A DNA stretch of 62,678 nucleotides, filler included. It is 15 parts of 15 records of this genome, joined end to end, with 100 filler letters (N's around TTAATTAATTAA, not from the genome) between each part and the next. Parts side by side here need not be neighbours in the genome. Positions count along the whole stretch, not along the records: positions 25,250 to 29,197 come from SRR9670534_345; positions 29,298 to 32,963 come from SRR9670534_347; positions 33,064 to 41,287 come from SRR9670534_349; 12 more parts are not named here. One strand, 5' to 3'. A program made the translations under genes and the position numbers. A model generated the notes under the pieces. That model ran no database searches. It saw nothing but the letters and a program-made list of their open reading frames with translations, and was not told where the DNA came from. Each line of letters begins with the position of its first letter. The stretch's first letter is position 1. This document shows, one piece after another, positions 28,201 through 41,175 of the stretch.

Positions 28201-29197
28201 TCATTTTTAACGAAAAAACCCTTTCATAGAATTCTTGATTGTACTTTCCATTGTAAAGCTTCAGGTGTTCATCATAATCGTGGTGATTTTTGAGAACAAA
28301 ATCTTCCCAGATGATGTTTTTAGCCATTGTTCTGTTTGATCTATCCAAATATCTTTGTACCATGTACATTGCAAATTCATGATATCGATTTTGTTGCATC
28401 ATTTCCATGTTGTACACATAGATGTCGCTTCCTTTTTTCGGCAGTATGCATGGCTTTGTATAGGTACAGTGTACCGTTTGAACCGTCTCTTGGCTAATTG
28501 GCAAAATAGTGGTTTTAGCAAGATTTTTACGACCAATATCATGGTACGTCATTAATAGATTGCGTACAGTACAACAAATGCCTATTACAGGCTTACCTGA
28601 GATAGGTACATACCTATATGTGAAATACATATCAGGGTATAGGACGAAAATTGGATTAAACTTAAAATTATGGATTTTTTCTGAACCCTTGACAAATTTG
28701 AAACAGCGTTTTGGGTAGTCGAGAGCAAATATGCCATAGAAATTGATTCTGCGTGGATAAAAAATTTTTCGTTGTCCCTTATAAAATGACAAATCATTGA
28801 AAGTCATTACAGTACCTGCGTAGTGTATATTACCTAGCTGTACAGCATGTTTTATTGTACCAAACGGTGATTTTGGGTTAGATATCATCCGTGACTTATA
28901 CACAGTGCTACCAAAGTTGCTACAAATTCGATTGACAGGTAAACATGAATTTTTGAACTTGTTATCACCCCACAAGTGGGCAATAATAGGAAAATATGTA
29001 TTTTCATACCTATATTTCCAATAGGATAATGTTTCACAGCAAAATTTGGTAGCTAGGTAGTCACAGTGTGCACCAAGGTGCCTCAGTAAATTAGTAAGCA
29101 TAAGCATAATTATGTGGGAAATAATAATCTGTAAAACTGCTTCGAAAAGAATAACAATAATCCGAAATAATCCGAAACGTCACAAGCTAATTTGTTT
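25250..29197 (-). mobile_element. LINE-like element 5' half: one long frame ending in an APE/EEP endonuclease, with point stops, truncated by contig ends
   Basis: YANIRSL, DIIFLTETW, GGVMILIR, ILGDFN, IDWI and YSDH at about 25290-25900; the four track ORFs are all in one frame. Confidence 0.7.
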
Positions 29198-29566
29198 NNN
29201 NNNNNNNNNNNNNNNNNNNNNNNNNNNNNNNNNNNNNNNNNTTAATTAATTAANNNNNNNNNNNNNNNNNNNNNNNNNNNNNNNNNNNNNNNNNNNNATT
29301 TAATATATTAATAATTACATTATAAATCATAATTATGAATTATATTATATGAATTATAATTATATTATAATTTATAATAATCCATTATAATTAGCTATTA
29401 CATTATAATAAATTATCAAAATGTTATAATTATTTAATAAAGTGGTTGGGAGTACATTTTAACAAAACTAATTTAATCGGCTGGAAGTTATTATAATACA
29501 TTAATATATTAATAATAACGTAATTGCTGAGCAATTATTGCCCTTATTAATTAAATTCAATTAGGT

Positions 29567-32500
29567 ATGAGTTTTGAATGCACTGAGACTGGTTTATTTC
29601 CATTTGAAAAGGACTGTTTTAGCTCCAACTTTTATCTATGTATTCCAAGAGAAAATGGTTATGACACCTTAATCAGAACTTGTCCTGAATTTTATCTTTT
29701 TAATCCAATAATGTCTGCCTGTGCAGATGCTGTTGGCACAGATTTACCAATATGCCCTGAAGAAGGTTATTATTATAATATACTATTACTAATACCTTTT
29801 AATTTTTAATAATAATTACATCCTCATTTAATTTTAGAAATTTGTTCCAAACCATCACTTTATACACAAAATAAAGATTGCTTGGATTCATTATACTATA
29901 TCTGTTTGTATGAAGGCTCTAAACCAATGAAAATACAATGTGTTGGTGACTCAGTATTTGATCCAATTTTGAGAGCCTGTATTGCTCTTCAAATTGCTAC
30001 TACAAATTGGCCCCTATGTAATTCTGTGGCAGAGGTAGTAACTACTGAACATACCATCACAACAGAAGCAGATTTTCAGAATCAAGGTATTACTATAGGG
30101 TGACCTATGATAGGTCTATGTAATACTTGCATAATAGATGGAATTAACTATTAAATTAATATTTCATTTCATATATTATTACTATAGCAATTAATTATAC
30201 ATATATATAATTACTATATATAATTATTATTATATATAACTACTATAATTAATAATATGTAATAATAATATATAATAATAATACAGTAAATAATATTATA
30301 TAATAGTATATAATAATAACTATATAGTAAATAATATTATATAATAATATATAATAATAACTATATAGTATATAGTTAGGCCTATATTATTATATTAGTA
30401 TATACTCATATAATAGTATATGGTATGTAATAGCCTAATTTTTACATTTTTTAATAATATCTATAAAGTTTTGGTGTATAATTTAAAATTTCAATTATTT
30501 GGGACAATTATTAAAATGAAACAGGATGAGTTATTATTAAAAAATTAGGTACTAAAATTTTAAACCACAAATTATATTTCAAATCATAAAATACATGTGA
30601 AACATAAAATATGTATGAAAATCTTCTAAATATAGCACCTGAATACTAAAAATTTTAACTTTAATTTTTGTTTATTTTCAGTAGCATGTGAAAGCTTTTC
30701 GCTTTTTCCTCAACATCCAAACTGTATTTCAAATAAATTTTATATTTGTCCTTTCATCAATGCATTACCATATTTGGTAGAATGTCCCCATGTGGAACAA
30801 TTTTATAATGACACCACAAAATTGTGTGTTTACCTTGATGAGATACCTTCAGACCTACCTATTTGTGATTTTGATACAGTACCTCAAACGACAGAAAGCC
30901 AAGAACAAACAACAGAAGAAGTTTCTACCACAGGTGAGACATTTGCCTAAGGCAATTGAATAAAAGGTATGCAAACACTGCATAGGAAGTGTATGCAAAT
31001 AAGCCTTGTTTGCACCTACTGAAGTAAACTTACCTATTTACATAAATTTTACTAACGTACATTCCTTATAAGTGTGTCGGAGCAACGCCTTTTCTATGTG
31101 ATTTTCTGTACCTATGTAGTAAATATTTTAGGTGGTATTTGCTATGGTGTTGGTTTGGTGCCTATTTCAAGAACTTGTTTATCCAAACAATTTTACTATT
31201 GCACTACTGAAGATGATAAATCCCTCAAGGTGTTAAATTGCCCTTCAAATCAACTATTTTTACCAGATCCTTTCCTTCTGTGTTATGACGAAATATTTGC
31301 TTCAGCTAAGACAAATCTTACAAAATGTTCCGACTTACTAGCAACAACAGATGGCAGTATTGCTACCACAGAAAAACTTGTTACCACAGAAAAAATAGGT
31401 TTAATTTAGATAATTGAACTAGAATAAAAAAAATTTCATTTTCGTAGAATCGGAATGTCTTGCTGCTGGATTTTTTGTTCCAAATTACAATTGTTACAGC
31501 ACATACTACTATATTTGTGTACCAACGAAAAATGGTCAATTTCAAAAGTTTGAAATGGAATGTGGACCTGATGAAGTCTTTGTGTGGGAAGAAAGTCGTT
31601 GTTCTGATGAAGAAAATTTTAAGGAGCATCTATGTTCCTTCCAGGAAGTGACAACAGAGCAAAGTGGTTATGACATAATATTCTTCTTTTATGCATGCTA
31701 AAAATATGTCTGACATCTTTTTGCAAAAATTAAACAATTTTTAGGTCAAATGTGCAATAGTTTTGGCGAAGTTATTCCTATCACTACGGTTTGCTTGACA
31801 AGTAATTTCTTCTTTTGTATACTTGATAGAAGTGGTGAATTTATTCAAATGAAAGTTTCGTGTGGAAATGGAAGGTATTTTGATCCCCTTGTCCTTGATT
31901 GTGTGGGCTTAGATAATATTTCCATAGCTGGAGATATTTGTACCGAAAATGACCTAGCAAGTTCACAGACAGTAACATCAACGTCATCAACACCATTGTT
32001 CACTACTAAAACGACGACATCGTCAACACCAAAATGTACACGTAAAATCAGTACCTGATAATAATAGTTTATTGCTAATAATAATAAGTTTATAAAACTA
32101 TTGTTAGACATTGAATTTATTGAATTAAAATTATATATTATTAAAAATTTGAAAAATCTAATATAAACGTTTTATTAAATTAAAATTCATTTAGAATCAA
32201 AAATTTAGATTCCTTTAAAATCAAAACAAGTTTTTTAATTTAGCATTTGAATTTTGTTTTAAAATTAGAGAATTAATTTTTCACTTGTTCTTCAAAAAGA
32301 AATTTTTTAAAGTTTTAATATTTTATAGGTAATTTTCAAAAAACAATTAGATGTAAATTATGAAATTATTAAATTTAACATAAATATGTATGTACGTTTA
32401 GCAACAGAATGTGCTGAGTTTCTTCATGAAAACATATTTGAAGGCTTTGAAAGTTGCTTACAGCCAGGATTTATCATGCCAAATCACAGTAATTGTCTTT

Positions 32501-32963
32501 CAACATATTATTATTTCTGTGCACCAATTGCTGATGAAAATATTAGGCTAAAAATAGAATGTCCAGAGGATATGCCATATTTCTCTTCGATTTCAAAATC
32601 TTGTGTTTCTAATATTGATGAAAATTTACCACCATGTGATTCAAATGATCAATATGCCGAAACTACAGTTTCTGCCGTTGTTGAGTCAACGACAGAATCA
32701 AGAAGATTTTCTTGTAAAAAAGTTGGCGTTTTTCCATACCAGATATGCTGTGCTTCCATGTTTTATTACACTTGCTTACCAGATTTTGATAGTTTGAAGC
32801 AAAATTTATTTCAAATTGAATTTCTAAAGCAAAAAATTGAAAAATGTAAGGAAGGCTTTTTGTTTGATCCTGCTCGGGAAACTTGTCTACCATTTGATAA
32901 TGTTACCATTTCTACTTGTGATGAGGAAGATGCAGTTCTTGAAGAATTTTCATACTCATGCTC
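29567..32963 (+). CDS. Multi-domain chitin-binding (CBM14/peritrophin-A) protein with Thr-rich linkers, partial
   Basis: At least 8 six-Cys modules (C..G.FP...C...FY.C...CP...F....C...C), mostly one per exon. Confidence 0.85.
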
Positions 32964-33147
32964 NNNNNNNNNNNNNNNNNNNNNNNNNNNNNNNNNNNNN
33001 NNNNNNNTTAATTAATTAANNNNNNNNNNNNNNNNNNNNNNNNNNNNNNNNNNNNNNNNNNNNATCATTCAGAGTACGGATCTGCAGTAGAGTCAAATTA
33101 TTTCAATTTTTGTATAAATTATTAATCCATACTTTATTTGTTATAGA

Positions 33148-33736
33148 TAAGTCGGGAAAACAGCGAGAAAGAGAAAGACAAAAAGAGATAGCATTCTTGG
33201 AAGCTCAGGTGTATAAGTTCTCTGAACTTTTGTCAGAACAACGACACGATAGCAAAGAAAATGTTCAAAGGAAACAAGCCCGAACGGTAGCTGAACGAGA
33301 AGAAAGTGACGATGAAGAAATCGTTGAAGTAGAATCCGATGATGAAGACAATGAAGTTATCTATAATCCCAAGAATCTACCTTTGGATTGGGATGGAAAG
33401 CCGATACCCTATTGGCTCTATAAGTTACATGGGCTAAACATGTACTTCAAGTGCGAAATTTGCGGCAACCAGACGTACAGAGGGCCCAAAGTATTCCAAC
33501 GACATTTTTCGGAATGGCGTCACGCTCACGGAATGCGTTGTTTAGGTATTCCGAATACAGCGCATTTTGCAAATGTAACATTAATAGCCGATGCAAAGGC
33601 ACTCTGGGAGAAGTTGAAGAAGCAAAAGTCAGCTGAAAGTTGGAAACCAGAAGCTGAGGAAGAATATGAAGACTCAATTGGAAATGTGATTAGCAAAAAG
33701 ATTTTTGAAGACTTAAAAAGACAAGGATTGTTGTAA
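33148..33736 (+). CDS. SF3A3: Splicing factor 3a subunit 3 (Prp9/SF3a60), last exon
   Basis: YNPKNLPLDWDGKPIPYWLYKLHGL, CEICGN..Y.G...F.RHF.EWRHAHGMRCLGIPNT and DLKRQGLL. Confidence 0.97.
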
Positions 33737-33834
33737 TAATTAGGCCTAAAATTAATAAGTTTGAGAAATTATGGTTGATTAAACTTTTAGTAAAATTTTA
33801 ATCTTTTTTTTTTGTATTACTAGGATGATAAAAT

Positions 33835-36800
33835 ATGACGCAATTTCTACCACCAAATTTGTTGGCACTTTTCGCTCCAAGAGATCCCATTCCTTATTTA
33901 CCACCAATGGCACCGTTACCGCACGAGAAGGAACGAAAGACGTATCTTGGAATTTCTCATCTGGTAAAGGAGTTTGAAGACCCATCGGAAACTCCACCAA
34001 AGGCCAAAGTTGAAACAAAGGAAGAAAAAACAAAAAGAATTGTATGTATACATACTAATTAAATTAAAAATAATATCGTATGAAAAGAACAGCAGGTATT
34101 GCGAGCAGGCATATCCATGACGCACTTTGGAGTAAAAATGGTATAATAACTGCTACTACCATCAGGAAGATCATGTAAGTGATGAAGAACAGTATTCTAG
34201 AAATAAGCCAATTTTGAAAGAACTTTAGTAAAATAAGTATGATAAACATGCTGGCCAGGAATTTCTGTAGCCTCTTTGGATTACTTCTTAATAAGAAAGG
34301 AATTCCATCTCCAATAATAAGCTTATATGCTGACCATTTGCTGAGGTAACCTTTATTATACACAGCCAAATGTGTCTGCTTTAAAAATATGTCATCAAAT
34401 TTTGCGTTTGCTTCTATTGATCGATTATTGAAACAAATGTCTGAAAAGGCCATGCGAATTCTTTCTTCTTCATCGATGTGATATACCAAAAAGGAACATA
34501 GGAAAGTGATTACCAATATTGTTACTTCACACCATTTGAGATCCCTACACATCAGGGAATGTGTAACTTATTCAAGAGAAAAGGTCTGTAAAAGGCTATA
34601 GCGGCCATTTGATAAAACAGATGTTTCCATGTGAAGCAAAAAGAGCTTGAGCCAGAGTGTTTATTAATTAGATATTCTCTTATAGACTTGCCTTGCTTAT
34701 ATGGTATTACAATACTACTAATAGATAACTACGTTTAGCCACATCATATTACTATCTTATCATATGTGGACATATTTTAAAACTATGCATGCATGGTTAT
34801 TATAAAATAGATTGTCACTAATGCTTTTGCATGAATGTAACATAGGCATTAAATTTTATTGTTTTACATCAAGACAGTAGTTATTATTGATTAAAAAGTG
34901 TTGCTCTTTGCATCATTTAATCTTTTGTTCTCTATGTAACAGCTGGATCTTTTTATATTATAATGTTTATGATATAAACCATAAAGGTCACCTCTAAAAG
35001 GTGGTACCGCGGTAATTAAGAAAACTACCATAAGCGCATCTTACACTATAGTGTTACATCATATATCATAATTATTACTTACATCATATATGATAATTAT
35101 TAGTAATAATACTAATAATTTTGCCTGGATCATAAGACGCAATATTTGCTGTTTGTGTTAATAATGTAGTAAGATTATGTGTCACTATAATAAATTATAG
35201 TATACTATATTTTACATTAAATATATTTAATGTCATTATTAAGTTAATACTAACATTATGTAGTATACTTAATCGTTCTTTAGCGTCAAGAAAAATTTGA
35301 ACAAGCCGCATACAAATTAGAGCAAGACTTGGCTGTCTGTAAGTGCTTTTCTAAATACTTTATGATCCTATGGTATTCAGATGATTCTTATTCATTCCAA
35401 ATTGGATCCCCAATCAATAATAGCTAACTATAGTATGCAATTGCTTTAGGGAATCCATCTGACGATAGCAATGTTGAAGGAGATCCCTATAAAACTCTAT
35501 TTGTTTCTCGCTTGGCTTATGAAACAACCGAATCAAAACTAAAACGAGAATTCGATGTATATGGACCAATAAAGAAAGTAAGTATTTTTAGTAACGCGTT
35601 GCTGAAGAAACCCTACTTTATGATATTTTACTTTAGATTAGACTTGTGACAGATAAATTCGGTGGCAAAGCTCGAGGATATGCTTTCATTGAATATGAAC
35701 ATGAACGCTATATGCACAGTAAGTGTAAACTTGATTTAATATGACGTAACTAATGATTATTACTATTATAATTATTCCAACAATCATTATGCCATAATTA
35801 TTATGGACATGGTTATAACCTAACGGTATTTTGGTCAACGATTGGGATTGTCATACAGGGTTAGTATCTATCCCAGGTAAAGTCCACAAAAGACTAAGTG
35901 AAAAAGTAAAGGGTTTGACGTTAGCATATGTTACTGTATACTTTTTATTAACAAGTGCAGATGTGAATTTTTAACAAATTAGCCTATATGTATTTTTGTT
36001 CTGTAGCTTGAGCCACTTTTAAAAATATCGAAATAGAAATTTCAAACGTGGCAGGCTTAATTTATTCTATATAGGTTTGTATCTCGGTAAGCAAATTTCG
36101 TATTATAGTACATATCACCTTATTTAATAATTACGTAATAATGGGAATGATATAAAATATAAGGTAAGTCACAATCGCAGGGGTAAGGTAAGTCACAATC
36201 ACAGGGATAAGGTAAGTCACAATCGCAAGGGTAAGATTTCGGATGAGAAATTGATCAAAATGTACTAAGAAATATTTTAAAATTTGTTCTGGTGACGTGA
36301 ATGTTATAGCTGCGTATAAAAGAGCAGATGGACGAAAAATTGATGGTAAGAGGGTCATTGTTGACATTGAACGCGGTAGAACTATAAAGGGTTGGAGACC
36401 CAGGAGACTGGGAGGGGGTTTAGGAAATTCTCGAAGGGCAAAAAGCGTGGATAACGATAGGATGAGAAGTCGCAGTCGAAGTCGAAGACGTAGTCGAAGT
36501 GGTAGTCGTGAGAGAAAGAGAAGACGATCAAGGTCAAAAAGCAGAGACAGATATCGTGATAAAGACAGAAGAAGAGGTTTGCTAATAATTCAGTAGCTTT
36601 TATCCAATAGTTCTTATACATACAATAGTATTATAATTTAATATTTATCATAATTATGTGGTATATTATGCTATATAAATTACATGTACAGTACTTACTG
36701 TAAATTATATGTACATTGTAGTACACTTTAGTACAGTGACTGTACATTGTACAGTACTTACGTATTTTTGCACAAGGTGTATAATTATAAGCTTATAGCA

Positions 36801-36963
36801 TTTTAAATAGGTGTTTTAATAAATTTTATGTACATGATTTGTACTATACATGTACGTGTTTTTAGAGAACCACAAAAGAGGCAGAAGTAGAAGCCGAGAC
36901 AGAGACAGGAAGAAGAAAAGGCGTAGATCAGAATCCGGAGAGATTGCAGCTGAAGATTATTAA
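33835..36963 (+). CDS. SNRNP70: U1 snRNP 70 kDa protein, complete
   Basis: [61 protein letters not shown] tail. Exons 33835-34041, 35284-35338, 35450-35577, 35637-35718, 36310-36576 and 36866-36963. Confidence 0.97.
34064..34552 (-). CDS. Unknown multi-pass membrane protein nested antisense in U1-70K intron 1
   Basis: 162-codon ORF with several hydrophobic segments and exon-like base composition; 5' end unresolved. Confidence 0.5.
   Translation of the reverse strand: MCRDLKWCEVTILVITFLCSFLVYHIDEEERIRMAFSDICFNNRSIEANAKFDDIFLKQTHLAVYNKGYLSKWSAYKLIIGDGIPFLLRSNPKRLQKFLASMFIILILLKFFQNWLISRILFFITYMIFLMVVAVIIPFLLQSASWICLLAIPAVLFIRYYF
36160..36236 (+). repeat. 24-bp tandem repeat, 3 copies, each carrying a consensus 5' splice site
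   Basis: TAAGGTAAGTCACAATCRCARGGR at 36160, 36184 and 36208. Confidence 0.95.
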
Positions 36964-37342
36964 TAGCTTATTAATTAAGCACCATGAACATTGCAGACGC
37001 TTTTGTAGTCTACTATACATGTAATCTAATTTTCAGTGCGACGTATGTATGTACTACGTAGTAACTCATTGTTCTTTTATATGTTATTATAATAAATATC
37101 AATGATTTCGATGTAATAATTGTCAGTAATGAGCTCTGATAAATTTTCGTCAGGAAGGTTATTATTAATAATAATGACTGTTTTATGAACATGGATAAAT
37201 AAAGTTTTATCAGTAATGAGCACAATGTTAGAGTTTAGTATGTAATAATAATTTGAAGAAAGAGGATTTGATATGTAGGTTTTAGATACAATTGTAATTA
37301 GTTATGACTTGAATGTTTTCCATACTCTAGAGAGCCTTCGAC

Positions 37343-39959
37343 ATGATTAGAAAACTTACCAAAGTTTGGCAAGAAAATAGTGAACTTCAAGCAGATATCA
37401 AACGTCTAGTAAAAACAGTTATTATTAATTTAAAAACAACATTATGAAGCTGCTTGTTTTAGCTCCCACAAAATTATTCCTTTGAGATAGACAAAACATT
37501 GGCACGAATTCAACAACTTCACTCAACGACAGGTTTTCGACATACACTATAATAATAGTATACGGCTATACATAGCATATACATAACATATTATTATTGT
37601 TGTTGAAACAAAATTGATAGGATTTTATACGCTTGAGCGCACATGTCAAAACTCGCAAATTCTTCGTTCTAAATTCCAAAAAAAAAACTTAAATTGTAGT
37701 TGGACTTCAATTTCCTGAAGGATTACTAAGATACGCAATCCCAATATCAGACCTAATTTCAAAGTATGGCAATGTTGAGACAGTTATATTGGGGGACATT
37801 GTCTATGGAGCATGCTGTATAGATGACTATACAGCAAAAGCACTTGGATGCGATCTTCTTGTACATTATGGACATTCATGTTTAGGTAATTGTACTATGT
37901 ATTGCCTTGATCATGTAGTGTAGCTTACTGTAAGCTACTTACAATTTTTATTAATGTGGTACTGTATTAATCTGTTGTTCCTAGAGTTGTCTGTAGTTAA
38001 TAATAATACATAATAACTAGCTATTCAGTTATTAATAATATACATCTGTACATTAATAATATACAGTATCTATAGCTACAATAATATACATCTTGTAACT
38101 AATAGTTACTAACTATACAAGTTGTAAGTTATAAAAAATTGTTTTAGAATTTAAAAATTAAATAATTGGCGCCATCTTTTTCTGACAGTTAACTATTATT
38201 GTTAAAATTTTGTTCAGTTAAGTTATTTGTCTACAGTTAACGGCAAACAGCTCTACTTGTTACACTATTGCGTAAACTTGTTACTCTATTATACCGTATA
38301 CTATATTATCATATTACTACTAGTATGCCTTGCACTGCGGTGTATTGAATACTATACAGTATATTTTATAATAAAATGTTTATTCCAAGTCTAAAAAACT
38401 CATTAATTAATAACTATCAGCTATTCCCAATTATATAGTTCCCATTGACAAAACTGAAGGAATTTCCGTACTGTACGTATTCGTCGAAATGCAAATAGAC
38501 GAAGTTCATTGTGCTGATGTTATTAAAAAGAATTTTAATCAAGAAAGTTACAAAAATCTTTGTATGGTGGCAACCATACAATTCATCTCAGCTTTGCAAG
38601 TATGATTGTTAATTTTTATTGTTATTATATCAAATAACCTTATTAACTCCATAGACACAAAAGAAGATTTTGTCAGATTCATACAAAATTTTCATTCCCA
38701 ATGAAAAACCTCTTTCTCCTGGAGAAATTCTGGGCTGTACTTCACCAGTTTTGCCTTCAGACATCGATGCTATAATGTACATTTTATTCTTGTTAGTATA
38801 AGTAACTAAAATTAGTACTATTATAACGAACACACCTAAATTTTATGCATTATTTAATTTTTCGCATCATATGATATGCATGTATGTGGTTTTAGCTTTG
38901 TTGGAGATGGTCGGTTTCATCTAGAATCAATTATGATAGCAAATCCACAAATTCCCGCCTTCAAGTAAAACCTATGATATAGTCACTAACAAGCCGAATC
39001 TCTATATAGTCAAATCGCTCACTATAGTGAAAACCCAGGTTTTGTGAGCCCATTATAGTGAACAAATAATATCATGTACCATATTCCATTGTAGTGCACT
39101 GCAGTGTACTATATTTTATTCTACATGACTGTGTTGCAGTACGTTATTAATGTACCTTAAGGGTTTTCTAGTGTAGTAATACTGTATATATTGTGAATTA
39201 CAATTTGTAATGTATTATACTGTATGTTTTGCATGTTTACGTGCAGGTATATTATTACTGGTGTACCTGTTTTATTAACAACTGTATTGAGTACTACCAG
39301 GTACTACAAATTGTAACATATTATAATACACATATTGTATGTACTAATATGTACAATTGTACACTATTCAGAATGTATGGTATTGTATTCTTAATGTATC
39401 TAGATATGATCCATATTCACAAATTATTACACGAGAAAACTATGACCATGCAAAGTTATTAACTGAAAGAGATGCCATTATTGGAGCAGTAAAACAGGCA
39501 ACAACATTCGGTCTTATCCTTGGTACTTTAGGACGACAGGGTTCACCAGATTTACTTGAAGTATGGAAACTTTTTCTATATAAGGGCAATTAAACGCATA
39601 TTATTATGATTTTAGCGGCTGGAGAATCTATTAAATTGGAACCATAAGGCATCAATTACAATTTTGTTGTCAGAAATTGATATGGATAAACTCAGTTTGA
39701 TGGAAAATGTCGATATGTAATGTCATTATTAATAATAATAATAAGACTACGTAAAAACATAAATCAAAATTTATTTAGCTGGGTCCAAATGGCTTGTCCT
39801 AGACTATCTATAGATTGGAGAAACAGCTTTAAAAAACCACTTGTAACTCCTTACGAACTGTATTGTGCTCTTGATGAGAAGTTGTATGCTTCAAGCGTGT
39901 ACCCTACCGATAATTATTCAGCGAAGCCTTCAGGACCATGGGCAAATTACTATATCTAG
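37343..39959 (+). CDS. DPH1: Diphthamide biosynthesis protein 1
   Basis: [76 protein letters not shown] and ACPRLSIDW; start approximate. Confidence 0.95.
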
Positions 39960-40113
39960 GTAATAAGGTAAAAATATTACTGATCGATCATGCAATGCAT
40001 ATGAGCTGCAGCGAATTACTGATAAATATTGTAGCAATAAAAAAATCTTCTACTAAAAATAAAATCGTTTGGTATTTCCAAGGAATCCTCTCCATCTACA
40101 CAAGCATCAAACT

Positions 40114-41175
40114 CTACTTTCGCCGCCCTTCCAAAATGTCCTTAGCTTCGTTAATCTTTGCGGCTAAGTACGGTGAACCTCCTACAATATAATTATATAA
40201 TTATATTAATACATATTATGTATTATTATTACTACATGTATTACATATTAATAATATTTTATGTAGCATGTTTAAACAGTAATTACAGTACGATCGTTTA
40301 TTATTCGAATATATGTATAAGATGAAACACAATATTACCTCTATCTGGATGATTGAGAAGCATAATTCGTTTATGTGATTCTTTAATGCGTTCTGATCTA
40401 GCACTGTTACTACAAGTAAGGTAAGTGACTAAGTGGGTACATATTTTCTAACCTACGTTTTGTAGCCTACGTAGATTATTATGTACATATTATGTATTGA
40501 ATAGAGCGTGTTGTTCAAACATGTAGACCACATGTGCATATGCACCACATGATGTAGTATGTATGTACCTTGATGTAGTTGGTATGTATATTGTAATTTG
40601 TATTTTATGTAGGTATGTGTGTAGTATGTAGTAATATCGGTAGGTATAATATATGTATGTACTACATATGCATCTATGTAAAATAAAATAATTTCACACT
40701 GATCAGAAAACTAACCTGACGCCCAAAATTTGGCACGCTTCCCTCCTACTCATTTTCGGTTGAAAACCACCTTTGTAATAATAAGCTGATCCGAAAGTCT
40801 AACAAGAAACAAGAAACAAGCTACATAAGCTTGTAAGAAACAAGCTTATGTAGCTTCAAATCAAAAAATAAAATACATGCATACATTAAAATATACATAT
40901 ATTCTACATAGTATATATTCTATGTAATAATGCAATATCTTATGTAAGGGATGAAGAAATGATGTCATTGTTCATCAACGAAACAAACAGCTGATGCAAT
41001 ACTGGATGAAACCTACCATTTGTGGATGATATTGTAGCCTACAATTTGTAGGACTACATAGGTAGGCTTAGTTAGTAGTAAAAGTAACTTACAGGTCCGT
41101 TAACTTTAGGGAAAAATGCTGAAATCTTTGCTCCTTTTTTCAAATGAGGTCCCAATCTTTTGACAATAATTCGAC
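40114..41175 (-). CDS. DNAJC19: Mitochondrial import J-protein TIM14/Pam18, missing first exon(s)
   Basis: Exons 41175-41093, 40798-40716, 40409-40339 and 40181-40114 give YYKGGFQPKMSRREA.QILGV...[27 protein letters not shown]. Orthology to DNAJC15 cannot be excluded. Confidence 0.9.

Noticed and set aside
25250-29197. Alternative genetic code explaining the in-frame stops
   Set aside because: Only five stops of three types in about 1,300 codons, while Gln and Trp use normal codons throughout. Point mutation, or readthrough at a single site, fits better.
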